DNA of 64,000 nt from Azolla caroliniana. Taxonomy: Eukaryota > Plantae > Polypodiophyta. The position numbers were made by a program, and so were the translations under genes. Shown piece by piece: positions 1 to 12,418 of the stretch (position 1 is the stretch's first letter; every line of letters begins with the position of its first letter). The stretch spans positions 6,200,001 through 6,264,000 of the forward strand of contig JBHGNT010000008.1 in NCBI GenBank assembly GCA_043228905.1, in the 5' to 3' direction. The notes beneath the pieces are model-generated. The model worked only from the letters and a program-made list of their open reading frames with translations. It was not told where the DNA came from and ran no database searches.

Positions 1-107
1 ATTCCGTGGATGTGAAGTATCATCATCATCCCCTGTTATTACCCTAACCTGTCCTCACCCATGGTGGTACTTCACTGTCAGATTTCATTTCATAGATGTA
101 ATATGTA

Positions 108-110
108 TCC

Positions 111-145
<35 letters not shown>

Positions 146-200
146 TATAGTATGTACATATAAATGTGCATATACATATAAATATACCATGCATATATAC
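108..200. repeat. (ATAC)n/(AT)n microsatellite
   Basis: acatacatac... followed by atatatat runs. Confidence 0.85.
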
Positions 201-646
201 ATATCTATACAGACACAATGTAGGCTCAGTATATACCATTGATGTTGGTAAATAACACGGTGGAGCTTGAACAATTGGACTCAACGCATGCACTATTTGT
301 GTTCCATGATATGCTTGAAGGGGCTGCCATGGTGGCATCGGACACAATTGAATGACAGGTTGATGAGGAACGATCATGTCTCTGACTCCTATGCCCATGC
401 ATATGAGCCACATGTCACGCTAAGATTAAATAGAATTATGAAAGAAAATTACTAAATGCCTTTAAATACTAGTCCCACATACAATCATATTCGGATATGA
501 AAAAGAAAACGAGATTAAAATTCAAAGTTTCACAGGTTTAGAGATTTTGAATTCTTTACATAACTCCCACAATTATTAATACCCATGATAATCCAACTTT
601 TATGGTTATTTAATAGCTTTAGAGAGAATAAACTGACTAATTCAAT

Positions 647-3194
647 TCAAATCATGAAAACAAACAGGTGTGTGACACTATAGTAATCAGACAGTTTGAC
701 AGAAATCAAATGTGTAATGGGACATGGTTCTAATCCCATACCTATTTGTGGCAATGTTGATATTCCTTGCATGGGAACACATTGTAATCCGGCTGACATC
801 ATTACCGGAGGAAAGACAAAGTTTGATCTCGTACTCATAAGCTGTGCATACCAAATAGATCACAAAATAAGATTTTGTTTTTATTTTTTTGATGATTTTC
901 TTCTGTAGGTAACTGAAAAATTCTCTTTTGCAGCAGCAATCAAATACCTGCACTTGTGCTTGAAGCATCTTGAGATATTGTATAGCATCATCTAGTATGG
1001 ATGCCTTGTCAGTCTATGAAGAGAAGGAATAATAATCATTAACTAACAAAAAGAAATGATGGAATAACTTAGGATTCAGATAACAAGAGCATTGATTATA
1101 CCTTGGTTGAGTTTGGTATCAAATCTTGCAGAGCCTTTAGCTTTACATTGATCCTATCCCGACGTCTCTGCATATCCAAACATCATAGTGAGACATTCAA
1201 TACAACTCCTGCCATCTTTACAATCTTTACTCTGCATTAACATGAGTCAAACATCACAAATCTTTGCGGATACAAGTCCACAGATAATCACTCACTTTCT
1301 CTGATTCGTTGTGGGTCTCTGCAGCTCTACTCCTCTTTAGATGAGATGGAGGATTTTTTATTGTTATTACATCCTCTACATCCTACACAAATTCAAAAAA
1401 TAACCTTTTCAATAACTTTGAATGAATATAGATTAGTTTACGGGGTAAGAAAAAAAGGTTCATAACCACATTTAAAACAAGATTTGAAACAAGTCAAAAT
1501 GTCAAGACCTGGGATTCTTCATTGCTGCAAATTCTTGTAGGACTTGGATTAATGGAGGCTGATATCATTGACGGAGATGATATCATATCTACCATCCCTG
1601 TCCCACACTCAGAGAGAACAGTGGTACAGCAAGATATTTGATCTGCTCTATCACTCTTGATGCTTGGATTTTGTTCACATTCAGCCATCCGATTTATCCT
1701 CAGTCCTTCAGAACTATGACCCATTGATGATTCCTTACCTTTGGAAGTGACTTGATCAGGGTTGGGAGTGACTTGATCAGGGTGATTATTCGCTAAAGAT
1801 GAGTTTAAACACCTAGTATTGCTTTCTTCTAACGTTTTCTTAGCTTCAGACAGCTGAACATTTGTATCAGGACATGAACAATGAATAGAAGAAGACACTT
1901 CACTTGACAAGATTAGATCCCTTGAAAGAGGTTTTCTGGCTCTCTCGATGTTAGTAGGACCACTTTCGGCACCGAGAATCCTCAGGCTGTCTCGTGTTGC
2001 AGCCACCGCACGTGAGAAGAGGGGAAACTTGTAATGTATCTCTTCATTTTGTTCCTCACAAGGGTGGAGTGATGGTATTCTCTTTTCCTCTAATTGACGA
2101 GGGTTAGAACCCAGCACCTTTTTATTTCTTAATGAAGGCTCCATTGAGTTCACCATATGAGTCGATAATCCACAACCATAAAGATCAAGTCTCTTTGAAT
2201 CATCACTTGTTTTCTCTGATTCATCATCATTAAGGTTGAGTTTCTTTGAAGACTCACATGTATTGTCCAACCCATGGACTTTGAGAGAGAATCTCTTCGA
2301 GTCATCATTTGCTTTCTCTGATTCATGGCCATCTATATTGACTTCCTTCAAATCATCATTTGGTTTGTGTGAGCCACAGCTCGGATAAACTCTCTTCAAG
2401 TCATCACATGTCTTCTCTGATTCATAGCCAACGATATCAACTCTTACTGAATCATCACTGTTTGTCTTCATCTCTGATTCTTTCATGGTTTGATGAATGA
2501 ATACATCCTTCACCAGGTGCAAATGAGGGTTGATAAGGTCCCCGAAAAGGTCAGAACCATATGGCCGATCAAATGTACCATCGGATGGATACATCAACCA
2601 TGACATCATCTCATCATCATGGAAAGACATATTACCTGTGATTAATAATGGAACATCAAGGGCCGGAACGGAGTGGCAATCCACTTCTTCTTCTTCTTCC
2701 TTTTCTTTCTCCATGGGATAATCAACTACCCTTTGCACTGTGGTTGTTTGCTTCAATACTTTAGAGGCATAATCTCTGGGCCTACCCCACACCAGATATG
2801 TAAGCAAAATGAGCCATGCAATGTGTAAAATAACACCTAAATACACCTGACTTGTTGGGTACTTACCAGAATGCCCCTCAGCTTTAAACAATTACAAAAA
2901 TACCCCCAAGCAGTACATCCTTAACTACTTCCAACAGTAGGTTATCTGGCAATTTTAAATACCCAACAAGTTAGGGGTTTTTTGCCTATTATTCTAATGC
3001 TTACGATTGGCGCTTTAAACTAAAGAAAGGAAACAAAAACAAATCAAATAACCTTACATATGGCCAATAGCGCGCTTCTGAAGAGACATGTTACGATTAT
3101 GAAGGGGGTTTTGGAAGCAATGAAGATCTGTGTTTGTGTATACCATCAAACAACCTCCTATGTTTCCATCCCAGCTTGGATGACAACAGCTCAT
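647..3194 (-). CDS. PIF: PIF-like (phytochrome-interacting factor family) bHLH transcription factor, multi-exon. Coding exons 3194-3058, 2781-1509, 1382-1296, 1167-1102, 1013-948, 841-647 (3' end uncertain; a further exon near 419-237 is possible)
   Basis: Spliced bHLH reads KRSRAAETHNESEK|RRRDRINVKLKALQDLIPNSTK|TDKASILDDAIQYLKMLQAQVQ|LMS, with two 66-nt exons and in-phase GT/AG sites. N-terminus MSCCHPSWDGN resembles the MxxCVPSWD start of PIFs. DDEMMSWLMYP and an APA-like KFPLFSRAVAA lie in exon 2. The H-E-R basic residues are intact. Confidence 0.88.
948..1382 (-). CDS. PIF: bHLH-domain exons of the PIF-like gene (1382-1296, 1167-1102, 1013-948)
   Basis: 87-, 66- and 66-nt phase-0 exons with acceptors tgtag/tgcag/catag and donors gtgagt/gtataa/gtattt. 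Confidence 0.93.
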
Positions 3195-4100
3195 GCTCTT
3201 TCTGCAAACAGGTTAAAAGATTAGAAGAACAAAAACCCCAAATGGAGAGCCAAGAAGTTATTTAGACAATAAGTAGCCCCAAAAGCATTGCCAAGAAGTT
3301 ATTTTCACAATAAGTCATGCTCTCTGCAAATGGGTCGTTTGTTTGGAACAAAAAAACCCAAAAAGTGGACTTAATAGACTAGACGGAGCTATAGAAATTT
3401 ACACATATCCTCATAAAGACGATCTATTATATGACGAGTTTAGAGAAAGCAACGCAGATTTACGCATGTATTCCTCAAAGGAAACCCAAGCAAGCAAGTC
3501 ATAGAAATGATCAATATTTGGATAATAAAAGAAACCCAAAAGGATATACATAGCAAGCAAAGAAAGAACTCTGCAGATGTCAACCAAAGAAACCCAATAA
3601 GGAGAAGCTCACAACTATGTAGATCTTAGACATAGCATTCACAAAGAGAACCAGAGAGAAGAAACTCTGCAGATCTTAGATAATCCTTCCACAGGAGAAC
3701 CCCAAAAGACGAGTAATCAAAGAAAGAAATAAGATCAGCCCAATTAAGGGCACACAAACCAGACTTTAGACTAACATATATGTGATTCTTTTTCTCCCGG
3801 GTTATACAAGCAGCAGAAATGGAGAGATACCACGGATCATGTTCTTGTTCTCCGTTTTCTCCACAAAGAAGGAAAGTTGAGCTATGGAATAGATTATTAT
3901 GCATATGCAGCGCATTTGATCCCATTGTAACTTCAATAGGGGGAATAAAAGGGAAGAAGAAGAAGAAGAAGAAGATGAAAGGGAGTTTCTTACCTCAGAG
4001 GAAGAGGTTAAGGATGCAGGAAATGACTAGATGCCATGATGAAGGGATAGAGAGAGAGAGAGAGAGAGAGAGTATATGTCTTTTGTTTTTCTTCTTCAAG
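3195..4100 (-). other. Probable 5' UTR of the PIF-like gene with a leader intron (~3993-3202) and a (CT)n-rich first exon
   Basis: Donor gag|gtaaga at 3994/3993; acceptor tttgcag| 7 nt before the ATG; (CT)n tract at ~4049-4072. TSS not determinable. Confidence 0.55.
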
Positions 4101-5854
4101 GAATCCAAATGAAGAAATGTTACTAAAGGCACTTATTGATCATTCTAAAATAGGGAGGGAAGGAGGAGACACACACAATCTATGTATCTGATCTCTGTTT
4201 TTTGTTTGATATATTATTCATCCCCCTTATCTACATATCTGATCTCTGTTTTTTGTTTTTATATATGTAATAATGTATGTATTACTATTCCCCCCCCTCC
4301 CATGATGATCATGAATTCATCACTTTTACTACCAATGTGATGGGGATCCATTGTTCAGATAGATTTGCAGATGTGTAGTTGTGTCGAGTCATGTCATGTC
4401 AAGATTCATCTCCATCTCCATCTCCATCTTTGGTCGAGAAAGTAAGTATGTAACTCCCCTCATGCTCTACCTTCCATATGGCTCAAGTTCTTCCCCAACT
4501 TAACAACTTTGTGTTCGGCTTCCTAGAGTTTTCCCTTCTCACTCGAATGACTCTCTTTCTCTCTATTTTTTTTGTAATTAGCTTATCCTAGTGATAAGTT
4601 GTTACACTACTAGCACTACGTCTTGGGTTCGAAACCCAATTTTCTCACTTCTTCACTAGATGCCACTGTGGAATGTAGGGGTTGAACCCATGACTCTCTC
4701 TCTCTCTCACCCACTTGTGTTTTGCTCCGTTGAGGTTTACCTTCTTTAGCTCCAAATGTTCAAGTCCAATTGTTTTGGTTGTGGGTTTTTTTCCTTGTCC
4801 TTTAAAATGTCCCCGAGTTTGCATCTCGAAACTCGCTTGATTTTGTTTCGTGTAGTTTTTAACCTGTATGGATGAGATCCATCTATCTAGTATCTCTCTC
4901 TCTCTCTCTCTCTCTCCCCTTTAAAGGGATGAAAAGGTTTCCCTCTCTCTAGTTGTCCCTTCCAAGGGACCCCAAATGCCTCTTTATCTATCTAACTTAA
5001 TGGGGTTGTCCCTTCCGAATGATTGCACATTTTTCTCCTTTGTATCTTTTATAATGGGCTTGTTCCTTCTAATGGGGTCTCTCTCTCTCTCTCTCTCTCT
5101 CATCTAGTGCACAAATATATTCTAGTTTGGACACATATATGGTCTCTAATTAAGCATTTGATTGTCCTTAAGAAAATTCTACGAATCACATGTGCTATGT
5201 CTCATGAGACTTACTTGTAATGTTTTTCTAGATTCCATAGGTCTATAGCATATAGGGCTTCCATGGATGTAAACAATATATCTACCTATCTATCTCTGAG
5301 ACAAACATGCAAGGTGGAGCATTTGATGCATGCAAAATTTCAAAGCACTTAAGGGGACAAACCCTACCAATCTTTGAGGATCAAATTACTATGAGGATTC
5401 ATCCTCTTTAAAGTTCTGCATGTAATACCAACCTTGAGAGGGGATAATTTATTATTTGCAAGAAAGATATACTTACCAAGGTAAAACCAGAATTTTTTTA
5501 TGGTTCAACTTTTAGTTCTCTCGTAGGTAGAAAATTTAAGATTAAATTGTCAATCATCATCCTACACGCAACATGGTACTTCTTTGCCAACGAAAGTATT
5601 CATGTCTCCACTACTCTTGCATTTAAATGGAAATGAAGGTGTCAAGTTTGAATTCAATAGTATAGTGAATGCTAGCTTGGTAACTTGGTAATGGTTCAAA
5701 GTGTTATTTCATTACTACACATGCACATTATGGCATCAAAACCATGTGAACCATTGGATATGTTATGCTTGGTGATCGATACTTTGCTTTCCATATTTGG
5801 AGAGTAGTTATTTAGAATAAATGGTAGAAGAAACATAGAGAGATTGGTGATTAG

Positions 5855-6159
5855 TGGGAATCGTCACCAACTCAACTCAAGCCTAAAACGAACCGTTAAA
5901 CCATTTTTAAACAGTTTGGAGGTTTTGTGGTTTGGTTTAGGCTTGAGCTTCCTTAACTGATTTGAGATCGGTTTGGGATGGCTCAAGCCGAACCGAATTG
6001 TTTTGGACTAAACCGGATCCCAAATTGGTTAAGGATTAATTAGTTTGGATAAATCGGTTCCTAAACCAGGTTATGCTTAACCGGTTTGGGAGCTGGTTCA
6101 ATTCAAGTTTGAAAACTCCCAAACTGGTCAAGTTGAAACCGAACCGTTGTCAATTCCTA
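5855..6159. mobile_element. Non-autonomous hAT-type MITE (~305 bp)
   Basis: Perfect 8-bp direct repeat GTGATTAG at 5847-5854 and 6160-6167; degenerate TIRs (tgggaatcgtcacc vs rc taggaattgacaac); many AACCG/CGGTT subterminal motifs. Confidence 0.7.
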
Positions 6160-6788
6160 GTGATTAGATAGCAAAAAATTATACTTGTCACACATTCAGG
6201 ACACATAAGTTAATTGAAGACCATACATTGGTGGGTAATGGTGGAAAATATGTTATGCAATATATTTGGGCATCATTTATTGGGATAATCTTATGCTTAT
6301 TTTAGTAGAGGTTCACCCATGAGCGTTGGGCTTTACCCATCAAATCATATGAGATGGTTTTTAGTATCTTTAGTGTTGGCTAAATGGAGTGCTTGTCCAA
6401 CCTCTTGGAATGATGGTCAACACGTGCATTAAGTGGTAGCCCAAGCTCAACAACTGGGCAACTATGAATCCAACACAACATTTGTATACATGTGTGTGTG
6501 TCTTGATGAAAACACATGACTACATAAATTCCATGGGAAATTTCCTTCACTTATATCACCATGTATTGCATTGACATTACCCCCACAAATAGAGTGATCC
6601 CATTGCAACCATGCTACCAAACAATATATGTTATGGTAACGGTTGCATGCTTGAACTAAACATACATGCTAATGGAACCATATTAATCAACATCAACAAT
6701 TCCATAATAAGACCGTTCCCATAAGCACTAAATTGTTGAGTCTTTTTATGTTGTTCTACATGCAACCAAGCTACATGACTTCATGATG

Positions 6789-9700
6789 TGTGCGGAATAG
6801 TGCTCGGCCACAACCGAGTCTTAATCACTCAATGGAAGAAACAAAACAGAAGTGAAGATCAATGCACTTACACAGAAGGAGATGACCCCAGTTGTTAACG
6901 TGGAAAACCCTAATCGGGAAAAACCATGGGAGCCCACAGACTCCAACTATCACTAAAAGAAGAAAGATACAATGGGAGACTCGAAGGCAACAACCTCAAG
7001 CTCTGTCTTCGCCAATCGACAATTACAACAGAAAATCTTTCTGTTTCTCTTTCTCTCTCTCTCTCTCTCTTGTGTCTCTGTACAACAATATCTCTACACA
7101 CATTATAGTATTGCCCTAAGTCATATTTATACTTATATGACTTTAGGACTATTTACAAATATGGCCATGACAGGCACACTAGAAACATATTTACAGATAT
7201 GTCCCTAGATCCGATTCACATTGAATCCATTCGGATCCATCTGGTCCAGTTCTTTCCTTCGGCTCGTCTGATTCGTTGCATCCGGATCCCATTCGGAGGG
7301 ACCAAATTCCCAACAAACTCCCCCTTCACTTCGACATGGGATGTCTTGCCAATCCGATCCATCTCCTGCACGCGTCTAGCTTGTCGGCTATAAACACCTC
7401 GGTCAACATGTCTGACCCGTTCTCCTCTGTGTGGATCTTCAATATCGCGAAATCTTGATCTTCCACTCTCTCCCGAAGCCAGTGGTATCTACGCTGGATG
7501 TGCTTCGTCCTAGAGTAGTACGCCGCGTTCTTTGCAAGGTGGATGACACTTTGACTATCGTAGTAGAACCGGAATTCCTCCTCCTAGATCCGTAGCTCTT
7601 TGATGAAGTCCTTCATCCAGATTACCTCTTTATCGGCTTCTACGGACGCCATGTACTCTGCTTCCGTTGTCGATAATGCAACGGACTTCTACAGCCTCGA
7701 CTGCCACGATACGGCCCCCCCTGCATATGTCATAACATATCCGGAAGTTGACCGACTGGTATCCGCATTAGCCGACATATCCGAATCCGTGAATCCTTCA
7801 AGTTGGGGTTTCCTGGAGCCGAATCGGAGGCACATACTCGAGGTGCCTTTCAAGTACCGGAGTATCCACTTGACCATTGTCTAGTGTTCTCTCCCTGGAT
7901 TGCTCATGAACCGGCTAACCACTCCGACTACATATCCGACATCCAGCCAGGTACACACAATTGCGTACATCAAGCTTCCAACGGCGGAGGCATATGGTAT
8001 CTTCATCATTTCTGACTTCTCTGTCTTGGACTCTAGACTTTGCTTTTCGAATAGCTTGCATGCTGGAAGTGTCGACCGAACTGGCATTGCATCCTTCATG
8101 TTGAACTGTTGAAGCACCTTTGTCATGCACTTTCTTGTGACAGCCTCAATACCTTCTTCGTCCGGTCTCGGACTATGTGCATCCCCAATATCTGTCTCAC
8201 CGAATTCAGATCTTTTATTGAGAGGGTTTGGTTCAAGGCCTTCTTCAGATTTCCGATTTTGATCTGGTTCGGTCTGACGATCAACATATCGTCTACATAC
8301 AATAGTAGTATCAGGAAGTCTCCTCCGTCGAAATTCTTCACAAATACACAGTGATAAGCTTGTGTCTTATGGTATCCTTGGTCAGTCATGAAGGAGTTGA
8401 ACTTCCAATACCATTGCTAGGGAGCTTGCTTCAGTCCATATAAGCTCTTCTTCAACCGGCATACCAGGTGCTCCTTCCCTTTCTTGACAAATCCCTCTGG
8501 TTGTTGCATGTAGATCTCTTCTTCGAGGTCACGGTGCAAGAATGTCATCTTGACGTCTAGCTGCTCAACCTCGAGGTCCATGCTTGCCACAATGCTCTCA
8601 ACATAGTCCGGATGGACATCACCTTGACTGCCAGGGCAAAGATCTCGTCAAAATCCACTCATTTCTTATGTTGAAACCCCTTTACCAGGATCCGGGCTTT
8701 GTACCTTGGTGGATTTCCGACGTCTCCCGGTTTAAGCTTGTACACCAACTTGTTTCGGAGCGCTCTCTTTCCTTTCGACAACTCCGTCAATTCATATGTG
8801 TGGTTCTCATGCTGGGAATCCATCTCGTCCTGCATGGAACTTAACCACCTACGGCTGTGGGTGTCTTTCTTTGCTTCCTCGTAGCTTTCCGGCACCCCCT
8901 CATCGGTCAACATCAAATACTCTATATCTGGAAATCTCGGAGGGGGCCTTCTCTCTCTTAGAGGATATCTCCGTCCTTGGTTCTTGATCACAGGTTCCTT
9001 TGTTTGCTCTTCATCCGAATCTGATTTGGGGTCTTGTTCGGTTCCGATGTCCAATTCTTCTTCGGTCGGTTCGGGTCTTTGTCCGAATCCGGCCGGTTCA
9101 TCATGGTCCTCGTCTAACATCCGGTTTCCGATCGGATGTGTCCTAACATCTTCCAATTGATCTCCGTCAGTTGACCCGGAGTCTATTATCTTCTTCTCCG
9201 ACTCCCAGTCGGCGATGTTCTTGACTTCCATGAAGACTATGTCTCGACTTCGGAAGACCTTCTTGTCGACCAAATCCCATACCTGGTAGCCGAACTCATC
9301 ATCGCCGTATCCAATAAATATGCATGGCCGAGACTTCAGATCCAACTTTGCTCTCTTGTCCTTTGCAACATGCACGTATGCAAGACAACCGAATACCTTC
9401 AGATGTCGGTAAGACACTTTGAAGGTGTGTCTCCGTCCAAGGGTGCTCAGGGTAATATGTTAATCACGTATGTCACCGTCATCAATGCCTCAACCCAAAA
9501 CATCTTGGAAAACTTAGCATGTGCCAACATGCTCCAAACTCTCTCCATCACAGTCCGGTTCATCCATTCAATTCTAGCATCTTCGACATAGTAAATTCGA
9601 GCTGGATTCCCTTCGACTGACAATGCTCCTCAAACTGCCCCTTGTATTCTCCTCTGTTCTCCGCTTGAACCGCCTTCAGCTTCTGAGCGGTTTCCCTTTC

Positions 9701-11599
9701 CACCCTCCTAGGGAATTCCTTGAAGACGGATAATACTTGATCCTTTGTCTTTAGTGGCGAGATCCACAACTTCCGACTGTGGTCGTTTATGAACGTCACG
9801 AAGTACTGAGATCGAGCATGTGACTTCGTGTCCACATGGCATACATCGGTATGCACATGTTCCAGCAGTGCATTCCGTCTCATCGGTGGTCTCGACCGAA
9901 AAGAGGTTCAATTTTGCTTGCTGGCCAAGCAGTTGGTGCATTTCTCAAGCTGCATGTCCTTCACCTCCGGAATGAGGTTATCTTCGGCAAGTCTTCTCAT
10001 CCCTTTCTGGCTCATGCAACACAACCTTTTGTGTCACAACTCACCGGCATTTTCGGATGCCACGTTTATTTCCTCCCGGCAAATTCGGGAATGCATAAGG
10101 TACAATGTGTTCATCTTCTAGGCTTGAGGCAAAATCAAGCTCCCTTTGCAAAACTTCATGACTCCATTCCGGATGCTACCCATGTAGCCTTCATCATCTA
10201 GCCGGCTGATTGATATCAGGTTCAACCGAACCTCCGGAACGTGTCGTACGTCCTTCACAGCAACTTGTACCCGGTTGACGTTGTCAACTACACATCTACT
10301 ATGCCGACAATCCAACATGTACCTTCATTTCCCATCCGGACACAGCCGTGATCTCTGGCTTTGTACGATGAGAAACACTTCCGGTCGGGGGACATATGGA
10401 ATGACGCACTAGAGTCGACCACCCATGTCGTCTCGTCGTTGACAAGATGAGCAACCATTCTTCTTCAATTGTCGTGATTGCCAATGTTCCTTTCCAATCC
10501 GAACTTCTTCGGTCTGGACCCTTCTTTGAGTCGGCATTGTCGGTTCCTTTCTCCGTCTGGAAGTGCTGGCAATTCTTTTGGAAGTGCCCCGGCTTTCCGC
10601 AATAAAAGCAAGTGGGCCTCCCTCTTGACTTCGACCTCGTCCCCGATTTGTCCCGGTTCTGGGGACTTTGATTCCAGTTTCTTCCCCGGTTATGGTCATC
10701 TTCCGTAACCAAGGCCTTCAGATCGGTTCCGGATTCCTGGTCCTTTCAGCGAGGTTCTTCATCCAGCAAGCTTGATTTTACCCTTGTTAGGGACAACTGT
10801 TTTCCTTCCAACCTGGCGTTGCCCTAAGTGACAACTAGAGTCTCCCAACTATCGCAAGGGAACTGAGCAGGAGCAACGCAAGTACCTTGTCGGCTGGAGG
10901 TACTTCTAGCGAGGTTGTTTGATTTATGAGCCCTCGAAATGCATTCTTGTGCTCCGCCATGCTGGATCCGTCTTGGTACCAGAGTCTCACTAACTTCCGG
11001 AATACTGAAACCTGATTTACAACGTTTTTACTCTCCAACATGGTACCGATTTTCTCCCAAAGCACATGAGCCTTACTTTCTTCATTAAAGTTGTTGTATA
11101 GGCTCATGTCGATGAACCATCTAATGTATGCTGTCTTCTTCTTATGCATCACCTCCCACGCCATGGCATCGATCTTGTCCGGTTTCTTGTCCCTGAACTG
11201 TATTGACATCCAGGGATCTTTGACCACAAGCATGTCCCTCATCTTCGACTTCCACACTGGATAGTTGGAGTTGGTGAGCTTGAACATGCTTCCGAATGAC
11301 TCTTCCATTTTCTTCAAGGTTTAGAACCTTTGCTCTGATACCAGTTTGTGCGGAATAGTGCTCAACCACAACCGAGTCTTAATCACTCAATGGAAGAAAC
11401 AAAATAGAAGTGAAGATCAATGCACTTACACAGAATGAGACAACCCCAGTTGTTAATGTGGAAAACCCTAATCGGGAAAAACCATGCGAGCCCACAAACT
11501 CCAACTATCACTATGAGAAGAAAGATACAATGGAAGACTTGGAGGCAACGACCTCGACCTCTGTCTTCGCCAACCGGCAATTACAACAAAAAATCTTTC

Positions 11600-11656
<57 letters not shown>

Positions 11657-11883
11657 TCTTTGTACAACAATATCTCTACACACATTATAGTGATTGCCCT
11701 AAGTCAGATTTATACTTATATGACTTTAGGACTATTTACAAATATGGTCATGCTAGGCACACTAGAAACATATTTACAGATATGTCCCTGGATCCGATTC
11801 ACACCAAATCCATCCGAATACTTCCTCTGGCTTGTCGGATCCATCGCATCCGGATCCCATCCGGAGGGACCGAATTCCCAACA
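6789..11883 (-). mobile_element. Copia-1: full-length, decayed Ty1/copia LTR retrotransposon (family 1, Tnt1/Tork-like)
   Basis: LTRs 6789-7315 and 11347-11883 (TG..CA); TSD TGATG at 6784-6788 and 11884-11888; tRNA-iMet PBS TGGTATCAGAGC at 11343-11332; PPT at 7316-7329; gag-PR-INT-RT-RH order. Confidence 0.96.
7327..11309 (-). pseudogene. Copia-1 gag-pol, broken by stops and frameshifts
   Basis: Fragments with CFYCGKPGHFQKNC, HTDVC, YRHLKVFGCLAYVHV, LLLYVDDMLI and GFTDSD. Confidence 0.9.
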
Positions 11884-12418
11884 TGATGATGGTTCATACA
11901 AGACATGCTTTCTCTCTAAAATAACGAATGAATTTCTAAAGATTGTCATGCTAATAGAAGTAGTACACTTCTATCCCTTAACATTCAAATGACTCCAACA
12001 TACCCGCCTCTACTAGAGTGATTAAACCATGCCTCACAAACCAAAACATAGAGTATTGCACCAAGGAGTGTGTAGTCATGAGGTTGGGGTTGATGGGTGG
12101 GGAAAGAATATTAATTGTTTTCCAAACACAAAGTTCAATATCCTTATAGTAAACTTTCCCATTCATGTTCTCATCTTTTCAAAATATACTACGTGTCTTT
12201 ATATGTTTTTCAATGTATCATAATACCCTTTGATTTTTTTGCCTTCAAGCTCATTTGACTCACAAGTTCCATTTGTAGTAAAACACTTTTTTTGGTTATA
12301 GTTGATAAATAAGAATCATTATAAAGTGCATGATTTACAAACAAAGACATCCCAATCTTGCAAGATTTAAGCTTGTGTGACCTGGGTCTTCAACACCAGT
12401 CTCTATATCTAACCATTG

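Noticed and set aside
1494-2891. 465-aa single-exon ORF as a stand-alone gene with a hydrophobic N-terminus
   Set aside because: It starts at a non-ATG codon; 2891-2782 and 1508-1494 are intronic read-through of PIF exon 2.
6190-6783. Possible ancient gypsy integrase relic (with 11889-12413 and 18317-18500)
   Set aside because: Only faint motif echoes; too degenerate to support without alignment.
11410-11992. ORFs with SLSLSL or ERERER runs (also 6892-7208, 18523-18804, 45022-45255)
   Set aside because: They are translations of (CT)n/(GA)n microsatellites inside LTRs.
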